From positions 1 through 64,000 of the IMG/VR virus record IMGVR_UViG_3300034150_000083: 64,000 nt of DNA. One strand, 5' to 3'. The stretch is from a virus. Taxonomy: Duplodnaviria > Caudoviricetes. The position numbers and the translations under genes were made by a program. Numbering within the stretch: the first letter of the stretch is position 1; each line of letters starts with the position of its first letter. Under the pieces are notes generated by a model. That model had not been told where the DNA came from. It did not search any database and was given only the letters and a program-made list of their open reading frames with translations. This document shows, piece by piece, positions 47,132 to 57,987 of this stretch.

Positions 47132-47361
47132 TGGTACAAGGTCCATACAAGCGAGTGAGCATCATCACGCCGCATGACACCAACCCGATCGGAGTGCCCT
47201 GCGAGGCTCTCCTGGCCGACGCGGGCGGCACGGTGAATGTGGTCGACGCCGCGGGCGTCACCTCGTCCGTTACCTTGGCTACGGGCGTGCCTCTTGAACT
47301 CGTCCCGAGGATTGTGAAGACGGGCGGAACAGCCACCGGCCTCAAGGCTTTGTGCAGGTAA
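47131..47361 (+). CDS. putative head-spike base protein (RcGTA Rcc01079-like)
   Basis: ITPHD...AL..AGGTVNV...G.P.E....V..GGTAT.L.AL pattern. Confidence 0.55.
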   Translation: MVQGPYKRVSIITPHDTNPIGVPCEALLADAGGTVNVVDAAGVTSSVTLATGVPLELVPRIVKTGGTATGLKALCR

Positions 47362-47369
47362 TATAAGCC

Positions 47370-47705
47370 ATGCTCAACGAGGACATCGAGATCTATCAGG
47401 GCGACGATTATGTCGTCACGGTGACCGTCAAAAAGTCTGACGGCACCGCCTTTGATCTCACGGGCTACACGGGCAAGGCCCAGATCCGCCGCACGCCCGC
47501 TGACTCTGGCCCGATTGTCGCTGAATTCGGAACCGCGATTCAGTTGCCGAACCTCGTTGTGCTCACGTTGACCAACGTTCAGACGCTTCCCCTCACGGGC
47601 ACCTTCTTCTGGGACGTTCAGATCAAGTCCGGCGCCGGGGCGATCACGACGCTTGCCAAGGGGCGGTGTATTTCTGCGCCGGAAATCACACGCGAGGGAC
47701 CGTGA
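47370..47705 (+). CDS. Ig-like fibre adaptor (BppU-like N-terminal pattern)
   Basis: [12 protein letters not shown]...[13 protein letters not shown]...WDVQI motif. Confidence 0.6.
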   Translation: MLNEDIEIYQGDDYVVTVTVKKSDGTAFDLTGYTGKAQIRRTPADSGPIVAEFGTAIQLPNLVVLTLTNVQTLPLTGTFFWDVQIKSGAGAITTLAKGRCISAPEITREGP

Positions 47706-50700
47706 CCAGAACCATCGAACTCGACGCGATCATCGTCAAGCCGTACCTGATCGTGCAGCTCGACCCGACGAAAGACTTCGTCGTCTCGCTGGCTGCCGGG
47801 CAGCCGATCCCCGGCCCCCCGGGCCCTCAAGGCCCCCAAGGCATCCCGGGCCCGGTTGGTCCCACGGGGCCCAAAGGCGACACCGGAAATACCGGAAGCA
47901 CCGGAGCGACAGGCAGCACGGGCCCTCAAGGGCCCCAAGGCATCCAAGGCATACCCGGCCAGGTCGGGCCCGCGGGGCCCAAAGGCGACACGGGCAGCAC
48001 CGGAAGCACCGGAGCCACGGGCCCTCCAGGCAGCACCGGGCCCCAAGGCGACCCCGGCGTTCCCGGCAGCCAAGGTCCGGTTGGTAGCACCGGAAGCACC
48101 GGAAGCCAAGGCCCGAAAGGTGACAAAGGCGATCCAGGCATCCAGGGGCCCCAGGGCCCAGCCGGGGCCGTCAACGTCCAGGACGAGGGCACCGCCAGGA
48201 CTCCGCGAACCTTCCTGAACTTTGTCGGCGCTGGAGTGACTGCCACCGACAACGCCGCCTTCGACCGGATCGACGTGACGATTCCTGGCGCCGTGGCCGG
48301 CGCAGGCCAGACGCCGTGGCTTCAGGACATCGACGCCTCGGGTTTCAAGCTCAACAAGGTTGGCGGGATCGGCATCGGTCCTGCGGTGGGTGCGCAGAGC
48401 ACCATCGGCATCTTCGTGGACGGCACGGGCTTCCAAGACGGGTTCCGGCAGTTGAACGCCAGCCCGAGCGGCGCCCCCGGCTGCTCCTTCCAGAACGATC
48501 TCGGCACCGGCCTGAATATCCGGGTCTATGGTTCGGCCCGCTTACCGGCGAACATAGCCGTCATCGAGACGTTCGGTCCACTGGCCTTCATCCAGAACAG
48601 CGCCGAGGCGATGCGGCTCGACATCGCGGGCCGCGTAGGCATCGGTAAAATTCCGAGCGCGTACAGGCTGGAGGTGGCTGGAGACGTGGACGTGACCGGA
48701 ACCTACAGGGTTAACGGTGTCCCGCTGGCCGTAGGCGTCTCAAGCGTATTCGGCCGCTCTGGCGCGGTGGTGGCGGCGAGTGCAGATTACACTGCCGCGC
48801 AAGTCACCAATGCGGTTTCAACCATCGGCAGTTACGCTGATCCTGCGTGGATCACGGCGTTGGCCTATGCCAAGATCACGGGCGCTCCAGCGGCGGGCGG
48901 GGGCCAGACACCGTGGCTACAGGACATCAACGCCGCCACCTTCAAGCTCAACAACTCTGGCGGGATCGGCATAGGCGTGGCCTCGCCCACTCAGGCTCTG
49001 CACGTAGCCAAAGCAGACAACAACGACGTTATCCTGGTTTCCGGCTCTAGCACCAGCGTGTACATGGCGTTCCAGTCGAACGCCACGTCTGGCCGCATCA
49101 CGCACTTTAATGGCTCGGCATGGGGGAATATTCTCCTCGCCCCGTTCGGCGGAAAAGTGGGCATCGGCATCCCCGCTACGATCAACTACCCGCTCGACGT
49201 TGTAGGTGATGTCAACATCTCCGCCGGCAGTGTCTACCGCATCAACGGTGTCCCGCTCAGTACTGGCGTGCCTACTTCCAGGCAAGTGATTGCCGGGACC
49301 GGCATGTCTGGCGGCGGCGCACTGACTGCGGATGTCACGCTCAATGCGCTGCCCATGATCGCCAGCGGCGCGACGGGGCGCGGCGGTACTGTACCCACGC
49401 CGGGAGCGACGGCGGGAACGACTAAGTTCCTCCGCGAGGACGCAACGTGGGGAGTGCCGGTGGGCGCGGCCCAGACGCCTTGGCTGAGTGACATCGACGC
49501 CGCGGGCTTCTCGCTGAACAACGCCACGCAGGTAGTTGTTGCCAATCTGGGCGCTAATATAGGATTCCTGACGGGAATGCCGACCGAGTGCCGGTTGGCT
49601 TCTTCCACTAACAAGACCCTCCGTTGCCAAGGCACTCCGCTTATTCTCGATGGACTTACCTATGTGGCGATCCAGACCAATTCTCCTCTTACCGAGAAGA
49701 TGCGGATCACGGCGGCGGGCTATGTTGGCATCGGTCAATCAGTCCCGGTGCGCAGCCTGCATGTAGGCAACGTCCCGCTCGGCGGCGGCATGGTCATCAG
49801 CGGCGGCGCACCCAACCTCATGTTGTCCAGCGTCGAAACCGAACCCAACACCGGCCCTATGGGAGTGTTCTTCGGGATGGCGACCGCCGCCGGTCACTTC
49901 GCCCTGCCCAACGCTGGCGACTGCATGTTTGGCACGCAAGGCACCTCTCGCGGCGACCTCTACCTATCGGCCAACTACCAAGCCGGGGACTCCTCCAAGA
50001 AACTCCTGCTTCAGGCGACCTCCAGTGGGGGCGCGGTAGGTATCGGCACCACCAACCTCAGTACGGCCAAGTTGGTTGTCCAGGCGACCATTGACCGAGT
50101 GCTGGTTGTGCGCGGCGACCCCACGCCATTCGGTTTCCCCCCTGCCATGCTAGGCCCAATCCTCGCTGGCGTGAGTTCCGACCATTCCACCTTTGAGCCA
50201 TTTACAATTGCTGGTCAGACTATCAATTTGATGATCGGCAAAGTAGGCATCAATACGACGGCCCCCGCCTATCAACTCGACGTGGTTGGAGACTGCAACA
50301 TCACGGGCCAATACCTTGTCAACGGCGTGCCACTTAGTACCGGCGGCGGCTCCCAAACCCCGTGGCTCACCGACATTCAAGCCGCGGCGTATGGACTCTA
50401 CAACGCTGGCGTAATCACCGTCCTCGGCTCTGGGACCTGGGAAGGTTACCGGCTGGATGTCCACTCTGCCGGTGGTCAGGCCGCGCGGTTTCGCGGGGAG
50501 GGCAACGTATACGGGATGACGGTTATGGGTACGGGCAAGGTGGGAATCGGCACCGACAATCCACCGTTGAAACTAAGCATCATAGGTGGAGCGACCGGCT
50601 ATGGCGATCCTGTCCTGGGAACCGCTATCGGCACGCTGGCGGTCTTGCCCAGCGATACAGGCTGGGGCATGTTACTCGGAGCACGTAGCGACGGCACTGG

Positions 50701-51631
50701 CTGGATTCAGCAGCAGCGCATTGATACCCAAGCTATCGCGTACACCCTTGCGCTGAACCCGGTAGGCGGCAACGTAGGCATTGGCACCTACAACGCAACC
50801 TCTAAGTTGACCGTGGACGGTGGCCCACTTGAAATGCGTTCCGGCCAGCCGATCTACTTCCGACGACCGGACAACGGCTACCACTATTACATGGCAGTAA
50901 GTGCTGCCACGCTCCTTCAAGTCGCCTCGGGCGGCGGCCCAGTGGGGATCAACATGGACACGAATGGGCTGGTTGCTATCGGCATCTCGGCCGTACCGTA
51001 CCAGCGGCTCTCTGTCCTCCCCGCCGTGACCATCACCAGCTTCGCTGCCGCCGGCCTGCAAATGCGAATCGGCGAGTCATCCAACAACGGCGCATACGGT
51101 CTGGGCCTGGGCTTCTGCTACATCAACTCCATCTGGTCAAGTGTCCTGCAAACCGCCCCCGCCCCCGGCCCCATGTTCATCAACCCGCTTGGCGGCAACG
51201 TGGCTATTGGCGGCATCGGCGGTATGCTGGCCTCCCAACCAACCTGGGTCAACCCAACCAACCCGCTGATGGTAATCCCGACCACGAACCCCACTGCCTT
51301 CGGCAAAGCCTCGCAACAGTTGCTGCTCTGCGAGAGTTCCGCGAACCCCGGCTACGGAATGGCAATGGGCTACGGCATCAACTACGGCAGCAGGTATTGT
51401 GGGGCCATTCAGTCTTGGGAAAACAATGCCGTGTCACCGTTGTACCTGAACCCGGCAGGAGGCAATGTCATTTTTTGCCATTCGGGAGTACAGGGGCCAG
51501 ACTTCAACGCAATGCCTCTTGGCTCGATGATGATCTACCTCAGGCAATCAGATAATCTCGCGTTTTTCTACTTTAAAAGAAGCGACAGCCACACATATAG
51601 ATTTGCCAGTCTCAACACTACATCTTCATAG
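47702..51631 (+). CDS. collagen-like fibre protein with modular repeats
   Basis: Long Gly-X-Y tract at about 47810-48170; four QTPWLxDIxA repeats; G(K/R/N)VGIG repeats. Confidence 0.85.
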   Translation: MTRTIELDAIIVKPYLIVQLDPTKDFVVSLAAGQPIPGPPGPQGPQGIPGPVGPTGPKGDTGNTGSTGATGSTGPQGPQGIQGIPGQVGPAGPKGDTGSTGSTGATGPPGSTGPQGDPGVPGSQGPVGSTGSTGSQGPKGDKGDPGIQGPQGPAGAVNVQDEGTARTPRTFLNFVGAGVTATDNAAFDRIDVTIPGAVAGAGQTPWLQDIDASGFKLNKVGGIGIGPAVGAQSTIGIFVDGTGFQDGFRQLNASPSGAPGCSFQNDLGTGLNIRVYGSARLPANIAVIETFGPLAFIQNSAEAMRLDIAGRVGIGKIPSAYRLEVAGDVDVTGTYRVNGVPLAVGVSSVFGRSGAVVAASADYTAAQVTNAVSTIGSYADPAWITALAYAKITGAPAAGGGQTPWLQDINAATFKLNNSGGIGIGVASPTQALHVAKADNNDVILVSGSSTSVYMAFQSNATSGRITHFNGSAWGNILLAPFGGKVGIGIPATINYPLDVVGDVNISAGSVYRINGVPLSTGVPTSRQVIAGTGMSGGGALTADVTLNALPMIASGATGRGGTVPTPGATAGTTKFLREDATWGVPVGAAQTPWLSDIDAAGFSLNNATQVVVANLGANIGFLTGMPTECRLASSTNKTLRCQGTPLILDGLTYVAIQTNSPLTEKMRITAAGYVGIGQSVPVRSLHVGNVPLGGGMVISGGAPNLMLSSVETEPNTGPMGVFFGMATAAGHFALPNAGDCMFGTQGTSRGDLYLSANYQAGDSSKKLLLQATSSGGAVGIGTTNLSTAKLVVQATIDRVLVVRGDPTPFGFPPAMLGPILAGVSSDHSTFEPFTIAGQTINLMIGKVGINTTAPAYQLDVVGDCNITGQYLVNGVPLSTGGGSQTPWLTDIQAAAYGLYNAGVITVLGSGTWEGYRLDVHSAGGQAARFRGEGNVYGMTVMGTGKVGIGTDNPPLKLSIIGGATGYGDPVLGTAIGTLAVLPSDTGWGMLLGARSDGTGWIQQQRIDTQAIAYTLALNPVGGNVGIGTYNATSKLTVDGGPLEMRSGQPIYFRRPDNGYHYYMAVSAATLLQVASGGGPVGINMDTNGLVAIGISAVPYQRLSVLPAVTITSFAAAGLQMRIGESSNNGAYGLGLGFCYINSIWSSVLQTAPAPGPMFINPLGGNVAIGGIGGMLASQPTWVNPTNPLMVIPTTNPTAFGKASQQLLLCESSANPGYGMAMGYGINYGSRYCGAIQSWENNAVSPLYLNPAGGNVIFCHSGVQGPDFNAMPLGSMMIYLRQSDNLAFFYFKRSDSHTYRFASLNTTSS

Positions 51632-51643
51632 AAAGAGGTTCCA

Positions 51644-51931
51644 ATGACTTACACCGAGAGTGCCACTCTCATGAGCGACCCCGCCTTTCAGGGCCGCATC
51701 AAAGTCGCGGTTTTGAAGTTCGCCGATAGCATCATGATCGAGGCATCATCAGTCCCGGCGCATAACACGCGCGAGAAGTGGGCGATCAGTACGATGCAGA
51801 ACCCGCAGATGGTGGCCGCGCAGATTCAGCCGCCCACAGTGATGGACCCAGCGGTGCAGACGGCCGGGGCGGCGGTCACTGACGCCGAATTGCAGGCCGC
51901 AGTGGAAGGCGTCGTCAATAAGTTAATGTAG
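51644..51931 (+). CDS. small fibre-associated protein
   Basis: SD GAGG; follows fibre gene. Confidence 0.7.
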   Translation: MTYTESATLMSDPAFQGRIKVAVLKFADSIMIEASSVPAHNTREKWAISTMQNPQMVAAQIQPPTVMDPAVQTAGAAVTDAELQAAVEGVVNKLM

Positions 51932-51938
51932 TGAGTTC

Positions 51939-52295
51939 ATGCAAAGCCTGACCTTACCCTTCTACCAGCGCGTATTCTTGTGGAACGTGATCGGGAACCA
52001 CGCCGCCCCCAACCTCAAGGAGGCCAGCGTGGGCTTGCGAGTCATTGAGAAACTGCGCCTCACCGACGAGGAGCAGTTGGAAAGCGAGTTCGCCGTCAAC
52101 GGCCAGCAATACGGCTGGAAGCTGCCAGACCCAGACTACGGGACCAAGACCGTGGACCTGGAAACCGACGAGGGGAAGTCGCTGGCCGCGGCGATTGAGG
52201 CCGCGCCGACCCGCGTGATGGACGCGGTCTGGCTGCAACCGATCGTCGATAAACTAACCTCGCCAAACGGCGCCGGGCCTGTTGCGCAAAGCTGA
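51939..52295 (+). CDS. putative fibre assembly chaperone
   Basis: Pattern shared with 29254-29667. Confidence 0.5.
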   Translation: MQSLTLPFYQRVFLWNVIGNHAAPNLKEASVGLRVIEKLRLTDEEQLESEFAVNGQQYGWKLPDPDYGTKTVDLETDEGKSLAAAIEAAPTRVMDAVWLQPIVDKLTSPNGAGPVAQS

Positions 52296-52325
52296 GTTTC
52301 CAGTCATACTGTCTTTGCGCAAAAG
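52282..52325 (+). promoter_or_regulatory. promoter TTGCGC-17-CATACT with two TTGCGCAA operators
   Basis: Sites GTTGCGCAAAGC (52281-52292) and CTTTGCGCAAAAG (52313-52325) flank the -10. Confidence 0.75.
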
Positions 52326-52326
52326 C

Positions 52327-52536
52327 ATGGACAGTAATGGATTCGGCGACGAGCATGAACGCGCTCTGATCCTCAAGGTTCATCCCGGTCTTCTCAGCCG
52401 CGTGGCGGAGAGGCTCGGGATGAGTCCGGCGGCGGTCTCGAGGACCTTCCACGGGATCACCCGCGAGCTCAACCCAAAGATCGTCGAAGCCCTGAACGAA
52501 GCCATCAGCTACGCGCGCAGAAGGAACACGAGGTGA
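52327..52536 (+). CDS. small HTH DNA-binding protein (Cro-like)
   Basis: LSRVAERLGMSPAAVSRTFHG helix-turn-helix. Confidence 0.7.
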   Translation: MDSNGFGDEHERALILKVHPGLLSRVAERLGMSPAAVSRTFHGITRELNPKIVEALNEAISYARRRNTR

Positions 52537-53747
52537 ACATGTCCGAACAAGATCAAGCCTTGGTGCGTTCAGCCGGCGAGGTGATGAGCAACCAGATGGG
52601 CGAAGTGACCGTGCGCCAGGCGGTCGATGTCGCCGCAGTCCAACAGGTGGCCCACGCCCAAGCTGCCGTCCAGGCCCGCTACGTGATGGCGATCCAGCGC
52701 CCCCGCTCGGAGGTCAACTTCCGCTCGAAGCTCATGGCCGCGGTGGCCGATAAGGAGTTCGCCGCGTTGTGCGAGTATGCGAGACCCGTAGGAAAAGAAA
52801 AGAACGCGCAGGGTCGCTGGGTCGACAAGATCGCCAAGGGTCCGACCATCCATCTCCTGCGCACCGCGCTCAGGTTGTTCGGGAACAATAGCTCCGAGCC
52901 TTCGATCATTACTGAGACGCCGGACCTGCGGATCGGCGCGATCACCATCTCCGACTACGAGTCGAATTTCCATGTGGTGAGAACCTATGCGATCGAGAAG
53001 AAGGTCGAGAAGCGCGCCTACGAGGACCGCCAGACCAAGACGGTCGGCCCCCCGCCCGGCCGCGAAGTGCTCGCCACCAGGATCAATACCGACGGCGAGG
53101 AGGTCTACATCTGCCGGATGAACCTCGATGAGCTGAGGAAAGAGGACCTTCGACAGATCGCGTTGGCCAAGCGCGCCGCCGCCGAGGAGTTCTTGCCGCG
53201 CCATATCATCCGAGCCGCCCTGAAGCGGGCGGTCGAGGTCACCAACGAAGAGGATGCCAAGGATCCCGCCGGCGCGCGGAACAGGCTGATCGACGCCTTC
53301 GCCGAGCTTCGCATCATGGCGAGCGAACTCGAGCAGTACCTCGGCCACTCGCTCGAGCGGATCTCGTCCGACGAACTGTCGGACATGCGCGGCGTGTGGA
53401 CGCGCATCAGTAATGAAGAGGCAACGTGGGAAGAGTGCATCCGCGAACGCAACCCGGTGGGTTCGACCGACGACGCCGAGAAGGTGCGCGCGGCCAAGCT
53501 CGCCGCGCTCAGTGCCCCGGCCCCCGAGCAGAAGCCTGCCGAGGCACCCGCCCCCGCCGAGATCATCTCCCCCCTGCAGGCGAAGGATTTTTTCGACGTT
53601 TGTGTGGCAAATAACCTCGACGACGAGCAGGTCGCCAAGTTGGTCAAGGCGGGCGGAGCCGATCGCTACGATCACATGCGGCAGGACCTCTTCGATGTCG
53701 TCCTGAAGATGGCCCGCGCGACCAAGGGCAAGGCGGTGAAGAAGTGA
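52533..53747 (+). CDS. conserved phage recombination-module protein (possible ssDNA annealing protein)
   Basis: AVQARYVMAIQRPR...EYARP.G...GPTI.L......GN pattern; adjacent to ATPase and nucleases. Confidence 0.5.
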   Translation: MNMSEQDQALVRSAGEVMSNQMGEVTVRQAVDVAAVQQVAHAQAAVQARYVMAIQRPRSEVNFRSKLMAAVADKEFAALCEYARPVGKEKNAQGRWVDKIAKGPTIHLLRTALRLFGNNSSEPSIITETPDLRIGAITISDYESNFHVVRTYAIEKKVEKRAYEDRQTKTVGPPPGREVLATRINTDGEEVYICRMNLDELRKEDLRQIALAKRAAAEEFLPRHIIRAALKRAVEVTNEEDAKDPAGARNRLIDAFAELRIMASELEQYLGHSLERISSDELSDMRGVWTRISNEEATWEECIRERNPVGSTDDAEKVRAAKLAALSAPAPEQKPAEAPAPAEIISPLQAKDFFDVCVANNLDDEQVAKLVKAGGADRYDHMRQDLFDVVLKMARATKGKAVKK

Positions 53748-55084
53748 CGCGCCGGCTCAAGTCTGTTGAAATACGAAATGTTAAGGGTATCGAATCGCTC
53801 ACCTTTAACACCGGCGCTGTGACGGTCCTCCGCGGCCGGAACGGCGCCGGGAAAACCTCTGCCGTCGACGCCTTGGTTTCGGTCTTCGAAGGCGGGCATG
53901 ACCCTGACTTAATCAGGAAGGGGGCCAAGGAGGGATCGATCCTCCTTAGTTTGGACGACGGCGTAACCATCAAGAAAACGATCAAGCCCGAGCGCTCCAT
54001 CTTAGAGGTACGCACCGCCGACAAAGGTAAGGTCTCGGCGGAAGCCACGTATGTCAAGAAACTCGCCTCGGGTCTGAAGTTCAATCCGGCTGCCTTCATT
54101 AGTATGTCGGGCCGAGAACGGGCCGAGGAACTCTCGAAGGTGATGCCCGTGAAGTTCGGCGGCCAGGAGGTCAATGACGCCGCCAACGAAGCTATCCTGC
54201 ACCCGCAGGAAGTAATCGACCAGAAGCGTTTCACCGAGATCAGGGAAGGTCGATACACCAGCAGGACCGAGGTCCGGCGCGAACAGGATACCGCCGTTGG
54301 ATTCATCCAGGAGACCGAGAAGAACCTGCCCGTGGGCGACTCCGCCTCCTGGCAGGGTGTCGTCGAACTACTCCGCACCCAAGTAAGTGAGGCCAAGGCG
54401 GGACTCGAGCGGGAAGTAAATGAGGTCGAGCGCAAGGCGATCGGTGTCGTCAACGGGATGCGGGACACCTTGGACGGGAAGCTTGCCGCGCTGAAGAAGG
54501 AGTACGACGAGGCGGTAGCCACGCTCAACTGGAACTACAACTCTGGCCATGCCGAAGTTGTCAAGAGCATGGAGGCCGAGAAGCACGATCTCCGCGCCGC
54601 CTCTGCCCAGCAACTGGAGGACTTAAACACCTCACTGGGCATGGCCGAGCGGTCGCTCTCCGATCAGAACCGGGTCGAGGGCCAGCGCCAGCAGTTAGAG
54701 AAGATGCGGCTCTCGGCTCAGAGCCTGCAGGCCCGCTGGAACCAGCTCGATACGGCGGTCAAGGGACTCGACCGACTCAAGAGCGAGAAGCTTGCCAAGC
54801 TCCCGATCCCCGGCATCGAGGTCAGGACCAGCGATAAGAACATGCCCGAAGTCTACGTCGAAGGCGTGCCGTGGGAGCACGTCAATAAGTCGATGCAGTG
54901 TAAGATCGCCATAACAATCGCGGCGCAGGCGCTCGGCGACTTACCCCTGATGGTCTTGGATGAATCCGAGGTCCTCGATGCCGACAGTATGCAACTCCTG
55001 ATCGGCGCGGCCAAGGACTTAGGGCTGCAGATCATCATGGCGCGCGTCGAATCCGGCGCGGCGCTCGAGGCGGTCGAGGCTTAG
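53744..55084 (+). CDS. SbcC/Rad50-like coiled-coil AAA ATPase
   Basis: Walker A GRNGAGKTS at N-terminus, long coiled coil, Walker B LMVLDE. Confidence 0.85.
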   Translation: MTRRLKSVEIRNVKGIESLTFNTGAVTVLRGRNGAGKTSAVDALVSVFEGGHDPDLIRKGAKEGSILLSLDDGVTIKKTIKPERSILEVRTADKGKVSAEATYVKKLASGLKFNPAAFISMSGRERAEELSKVMPVKFGGQEVNDAANEAILHPQEVIDQKRFTEIREGRYTSRTEVRREQDTAVGFIQETEKNLPVGDSASWQGVVELLRTQVSEAKAGLEREVNEVERKAIGVVNGMRDTLDGKLAALKKEYDEAVATLNWNYNSGHAEVVKSMEAEKHDLRAASAQQLEDLNTSLGMAERSLSDQNRVEGQRQQLEKMRLSAQSLQARWNQLDTAVKGLDRLKSEKLAKLPIPGIEVRTSDKNMPEVYVEGVPWEHVNKSMQCKIAITIAAQALGDLPLMVLDESEVLDADSMQLLIGAAKDLGLQIIMARVESGAALEAVEA

Positions 55085-55114
55085 TTTACGGTGTTTCCAC
55101 TGGGGGTTCAACCA

Positions 55115-55390
55115 ATGGGTATTAAGGATCGTAAACGCTTCGCTGAGTTAGATGCTTTAATACTGGCCGGATACGGAGACATGCCGCAAGACAAGATCCC
55201 TGACTCGGCGGTGATCGCCGCCGAGGATGGCCTTGAAATCACCGAAAAGGGTCCGGCCCGGGACACCCGGTTCGCTAAGTCAGTCGAGGATCCGCCCCGG
55301 CGGCCGCCGTCGAATCGTTCTCGGACAGAACGGGACCGCCTCAATGCTCTGGCCCGCGCCAGATACCTGTACAAGAAGAAAGGAACCTAA
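55115..55390 (+). CDS. hypothetical protein
   Basis: ATG in frame of 55091-55390. Confidence 0.55.
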   Translation: MGIKDRKRFAELDALILAGYGDMPQDKIPDSAVIAAEDGLEITEKGPARDTRFAKSVEDPPRRPPSNRSRTERDRLNALARARYLYKKKGT

Positions 55391-55882
55391 GTGCCGAACT
55401 GCTTATTCCGGAGCGTGGAGATACTCCATCTTGAAGTCAGAGGAATGGAAAATGGTTTCATGACCTCGCTACATCTGCGGGCGGTCCTGAGTAAGCCCGT
55501 CGCCACCGAGATGGGATGGCTCGGCCTACTGGAGGTCGATGGGTGGGGGCCCTCGGTCGACCTGAAGGCCAGCGTGGGGCGAGGTTCCGGCACTTTCAAA
55601 CCGAATGGCAAGCCGGACGGGTCCATGTCGATCGAGTTCGATAGCCTGGAAAAGTTCAAAGGCATCGAGGCCGAGGATGCCGGGGGGAAGGAGAAACACA
55701 GCGTCAAGTTTGTCCTCAAGACCTCCGACAAGGAGGCGTCTCTGCAGCTCGCCGCCTTCTGGATGGCGAATCAGCGTATAAACCACCACCTCCAAGTAAA
55801 ATTTCATGAATTATTGGATGCCGCCAAGCCTGAGGAAGTGAAACCGGGGGCCTCGAAAGCCAGCGCCGGCCTGGAGGGATAA
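55391..55882 (+). CDS. hypothetical protein
   Basis: SD AAGGA, GTG start. Confidence 0.7.
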   Translation: MPNCLFRSVEILHLEVRGMENGFMTSLHLRAVLSKPVATEMGWLGLLEVDGWGPSVDLKASVGRGSGTFKPNGKPDGSMSIEFDSLEKFKGIEAEDAGGKEKHSVKFVLKTSDKEASLQLAAFWMANQRINHHLQVKFHELLDAAKPEEVKPGASKASAGLEG

Positions 55883-56584
55883 GTGAACGCGCTCGATACG
55901 TGGCGTGCCAGTCTGCCGGACGTAGCCGAGGAGAGATTACCCAAGGCGCTGAAGCTCGTCGTGCCCGGCGCCCCCCGAACAAAGAAGAATTCTCCGGTAA
56001 TAGTTCGTAACGTGACAGACGCCTTCCTCAAGGACTTGATCTGGTCCTGGGAACGGGAGAAGGCGAGTCAAATGGTTAGTTTGTCCGATATCATAACGTG
56101 GCTGGAGAACCGGGAGACCATCTTCCCGCATCCCCGGCTGCTCCCCTCGCAGGCTTTCCGCGACTGGGAGGCCGCCGCCGTCAAAGCCGTCCTGCCCGTG
56201 CTCGAGCCTCTGAAACGGTACTTCCCGATTACTTACTCGTGCCACCTGATCGCCAAGGTCTACCGGGACCGGGACGCCGGCGACTGGCTCGGGTACATGC
56301 AGGGCATCAGCGACTTCCTGGAGGATATAGGTGTCGTCGAGGACGACGTGCTGATCCGATCGTATGATGGCAGCCGCCTGTACAAGGACTCGGAGAATCC
56401 GCGGGTCGAACTGTGGCTCTCCCCGTGGCACCAGGAGGCAGACACCGGACTCTTCGAGAGGCCCGCCAAGGAGTGGGCCAACCATGTAGAACCGGAACCG
56501 GAATCCATTTCGGCCGACGAGGAACAGCGCGGCGGGTCCCGTACCGGACTCTTCAGCGTGTACGGCGGTCGCCGTCATGGCTAA
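55883..56584 (+). CDS. RusA-like Holliday junction resolvase
   Basis: VPGAPRTKKNS, D.G..MQGISD.L...GVVEDD.LI, PRVEL motifs. Confidence 0.75.
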   Translation: MNALDTWRASLPDVAEERLPKALKLVVPGAPRTKKNSPVIVRNVTDAFLKDLIWSWEREKASQMVSLSDIITWLENRETIFPHPRLLPSQAFRDWEAAAVKAVLPVLEPLKRYFPITYSCHLIAKVYRDRDAGDWLGYMQGISDFLEDIGVVEDDVLIRSYDGSRLYKDSENPRVELWLSPWHQEADTGLFERPAKEWANHVEPEPESISADEEQRGGSRTGLFSVYGGRRHG

Positions 56585-57032
56585 GAGGGAACCTCACTGC
56601 CCCATCTGTGGCTACACCGCCAAGGACGCTGCGTACAACCTGGATCACGGGCTGTGCAAGGGTAAGGTCCCGGCTTCGAAGGCGAAGCTTCCGCAGGCTA
56701 AGTCCGAACCCGAGGAACGCTTCCTCCTCGCCTGGAGGGCCCTCGGCGGCCCGGCACCGGAGCGCGAGTATCGATTCGCGCCTGACCGCAAGTGGCGGTT
56801 CGACTTCGCCTGGCCCTCTGACAGAATCGCCGTCGAGATCGAGGGAGGCATCAACGATTTCGGCAAAGGCCGGGGCTACCACCTCCGCAAGGAAGGGTTC
56901 CTCAAGGATGCCGCCAAATACAACCGCGCTTCCGTCCTCGGTTGGCGCGTCTGGAGACTGGCCCCCTCTCAGATTCAGCCGGCGGCTCTCGAAGAAATCA
57001 TCCATGTGCTGGAGCATAAAAAGGAATCATGA
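56577..57032 (+). CDS. PD-(D/E)XK / DUF559-like endonuclease
   Basis: EYRF..DRKWRFDFAWP..RIAVEIEGG...KYN.A..LGW. Confidence 0.8.
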   Translation: MAKREPHCPICGYTAKDAAYNLDHGLCKGKVPASKAKLPQAKSEPEERFLLAWRALGGPAPEREYRFAPDRKWRFDFAWPSDRIAVEIEGGINDFGKGRGYHLRKEGFLKDAAKYNRASVLGWRVWRLAPSQIQPAALEEIIHVLEHKKES

Positions 57033-57382
57033 CGGCCATATTCTTGGAAGATAGTTTCGATTCGGCGCACTACCTGCCGAACGTGCAGCCTACCCACAAA
57101 TGCCACGAGCTGCACGGGCATACCTACCGGATCCGCATCGAGATCACCGGAGAGGTGGGCGAGCGTACGGGCTGGATCATGGACTATCAAACCGCGCGCA
57201 ACGTCTGGCAGCATAACGTCAAACAGGTCCTCGATCATCGCTTGCTGAATGAGATCGAGGGGCTCCAGAACCCAACCTGCGAACTGATCGCCGCCTGGAT
57301 CGCAGAGCGGTTGGACTTCGCCGGCCTCGTCAGAATCGAACTCCGCGAGACCGAGCACTGCGGAGTCGTCTATATCCCATGA
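57029..57382 (+). CDS. queD: 6-carboxytetrahydropterin synthase
   Basis: FDSAHYL, KCHELHGHTY, LDHRLLNE, NPTCE, ELRET motifs. Confidence 0.92.
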   Translation: MTAIFLEDSFDSAHYLPNVQPTHKCHELHGHTYRIRIEITGEVGERTGWIMDYQTARNVWQHNVKQVLDHRLLNEIEGLQNPTCELIAAWIAERLDFAGLVRIELRETEHCGVVYIP

Positions 57383-57987
57383 CCTTCTTACTTGATACTT
57401 CGGAGGACCTGGACGTGTGCGCCCAGGACCTCGGCGTGGATCCGGTGTCGGTGGGTCAGCTCATCACGCCGCTCACCAAGTTCAGCAACCGCGGCGCCGT
57501 CTTCGCGATCGACAACGGGTGCTTCTCTGGCCTGCGTCTCGAGCCGTTCCTCGCCATCCTGGAACGCGAGAAGGCCAACCGCAAGAAGTGCATCTTCGTC
57601 ACCGTGCCGGACGTTGTCTGCTCGATGCGCCGGACCCTGGAACTGTTCCAGTACTGGCAGGAGCGGCTCCATGGGTGGCCTCTGGCATTGGCAATCCAGA
57701 ACGGCGTCGAGCACTTCAACCTGCCGTGGCCCGAGATCGACGCCGTCTTCATCGGCGGCGACGATGCCTTCAAGTCGAGCGCCCCGGCCGTCCACGTCAT
57801 CCGTGCCGCCCAAGCCCTTGGAAAGTGGGTACATGTGGGCCGGGTCAACGAACCCGTGCGCTTCCGCTGGTGCCAGGACCTGGCGGTAGACAGTATCGAT
57901 GGCAGCGGCATTAGCCAGTACTCACACCAGCGCCGGCAGATCCATGGCGGCGATCAGGTTCTTCTGGATTTGGAGCCTACCCTATGA
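57379..57987 (+). CDS. TGT/DpdA-like guanine transglycosylase candidate (short TIM barrel)
   Basis: AIDNGCF, PDVV, FIGG, VHVGRVN, DSIDGS align in order with TGT catalytic motifs; ATGA-coupled to queD. Confidence 0.6.
   Translation: MTFLLDTSEDLDVCAQDLGVDPVSVGQLITPLTKFSNRGAVFAIDNGCFSGLRLEPFLAILEREKANRKKCIFVTVPDVVCSMRRTLELFQYWQERLHGWPLALAIQNGVEHFNLPWPEIDAVFIGGDDAFKSSAPAVHVIRAAQALGKWVHVGRVNEPVRFRWCQDLAVDSIDGSGISQYSHQRRQIHGGDQVLLDLEPTL

Noticed and set aside
47810-48170. Tandem GC-rich repeats as CRISPR or VNTR
   Set aside because: They are Gly-X-Y collagen codons within a CDS; no repeat-spacer structure
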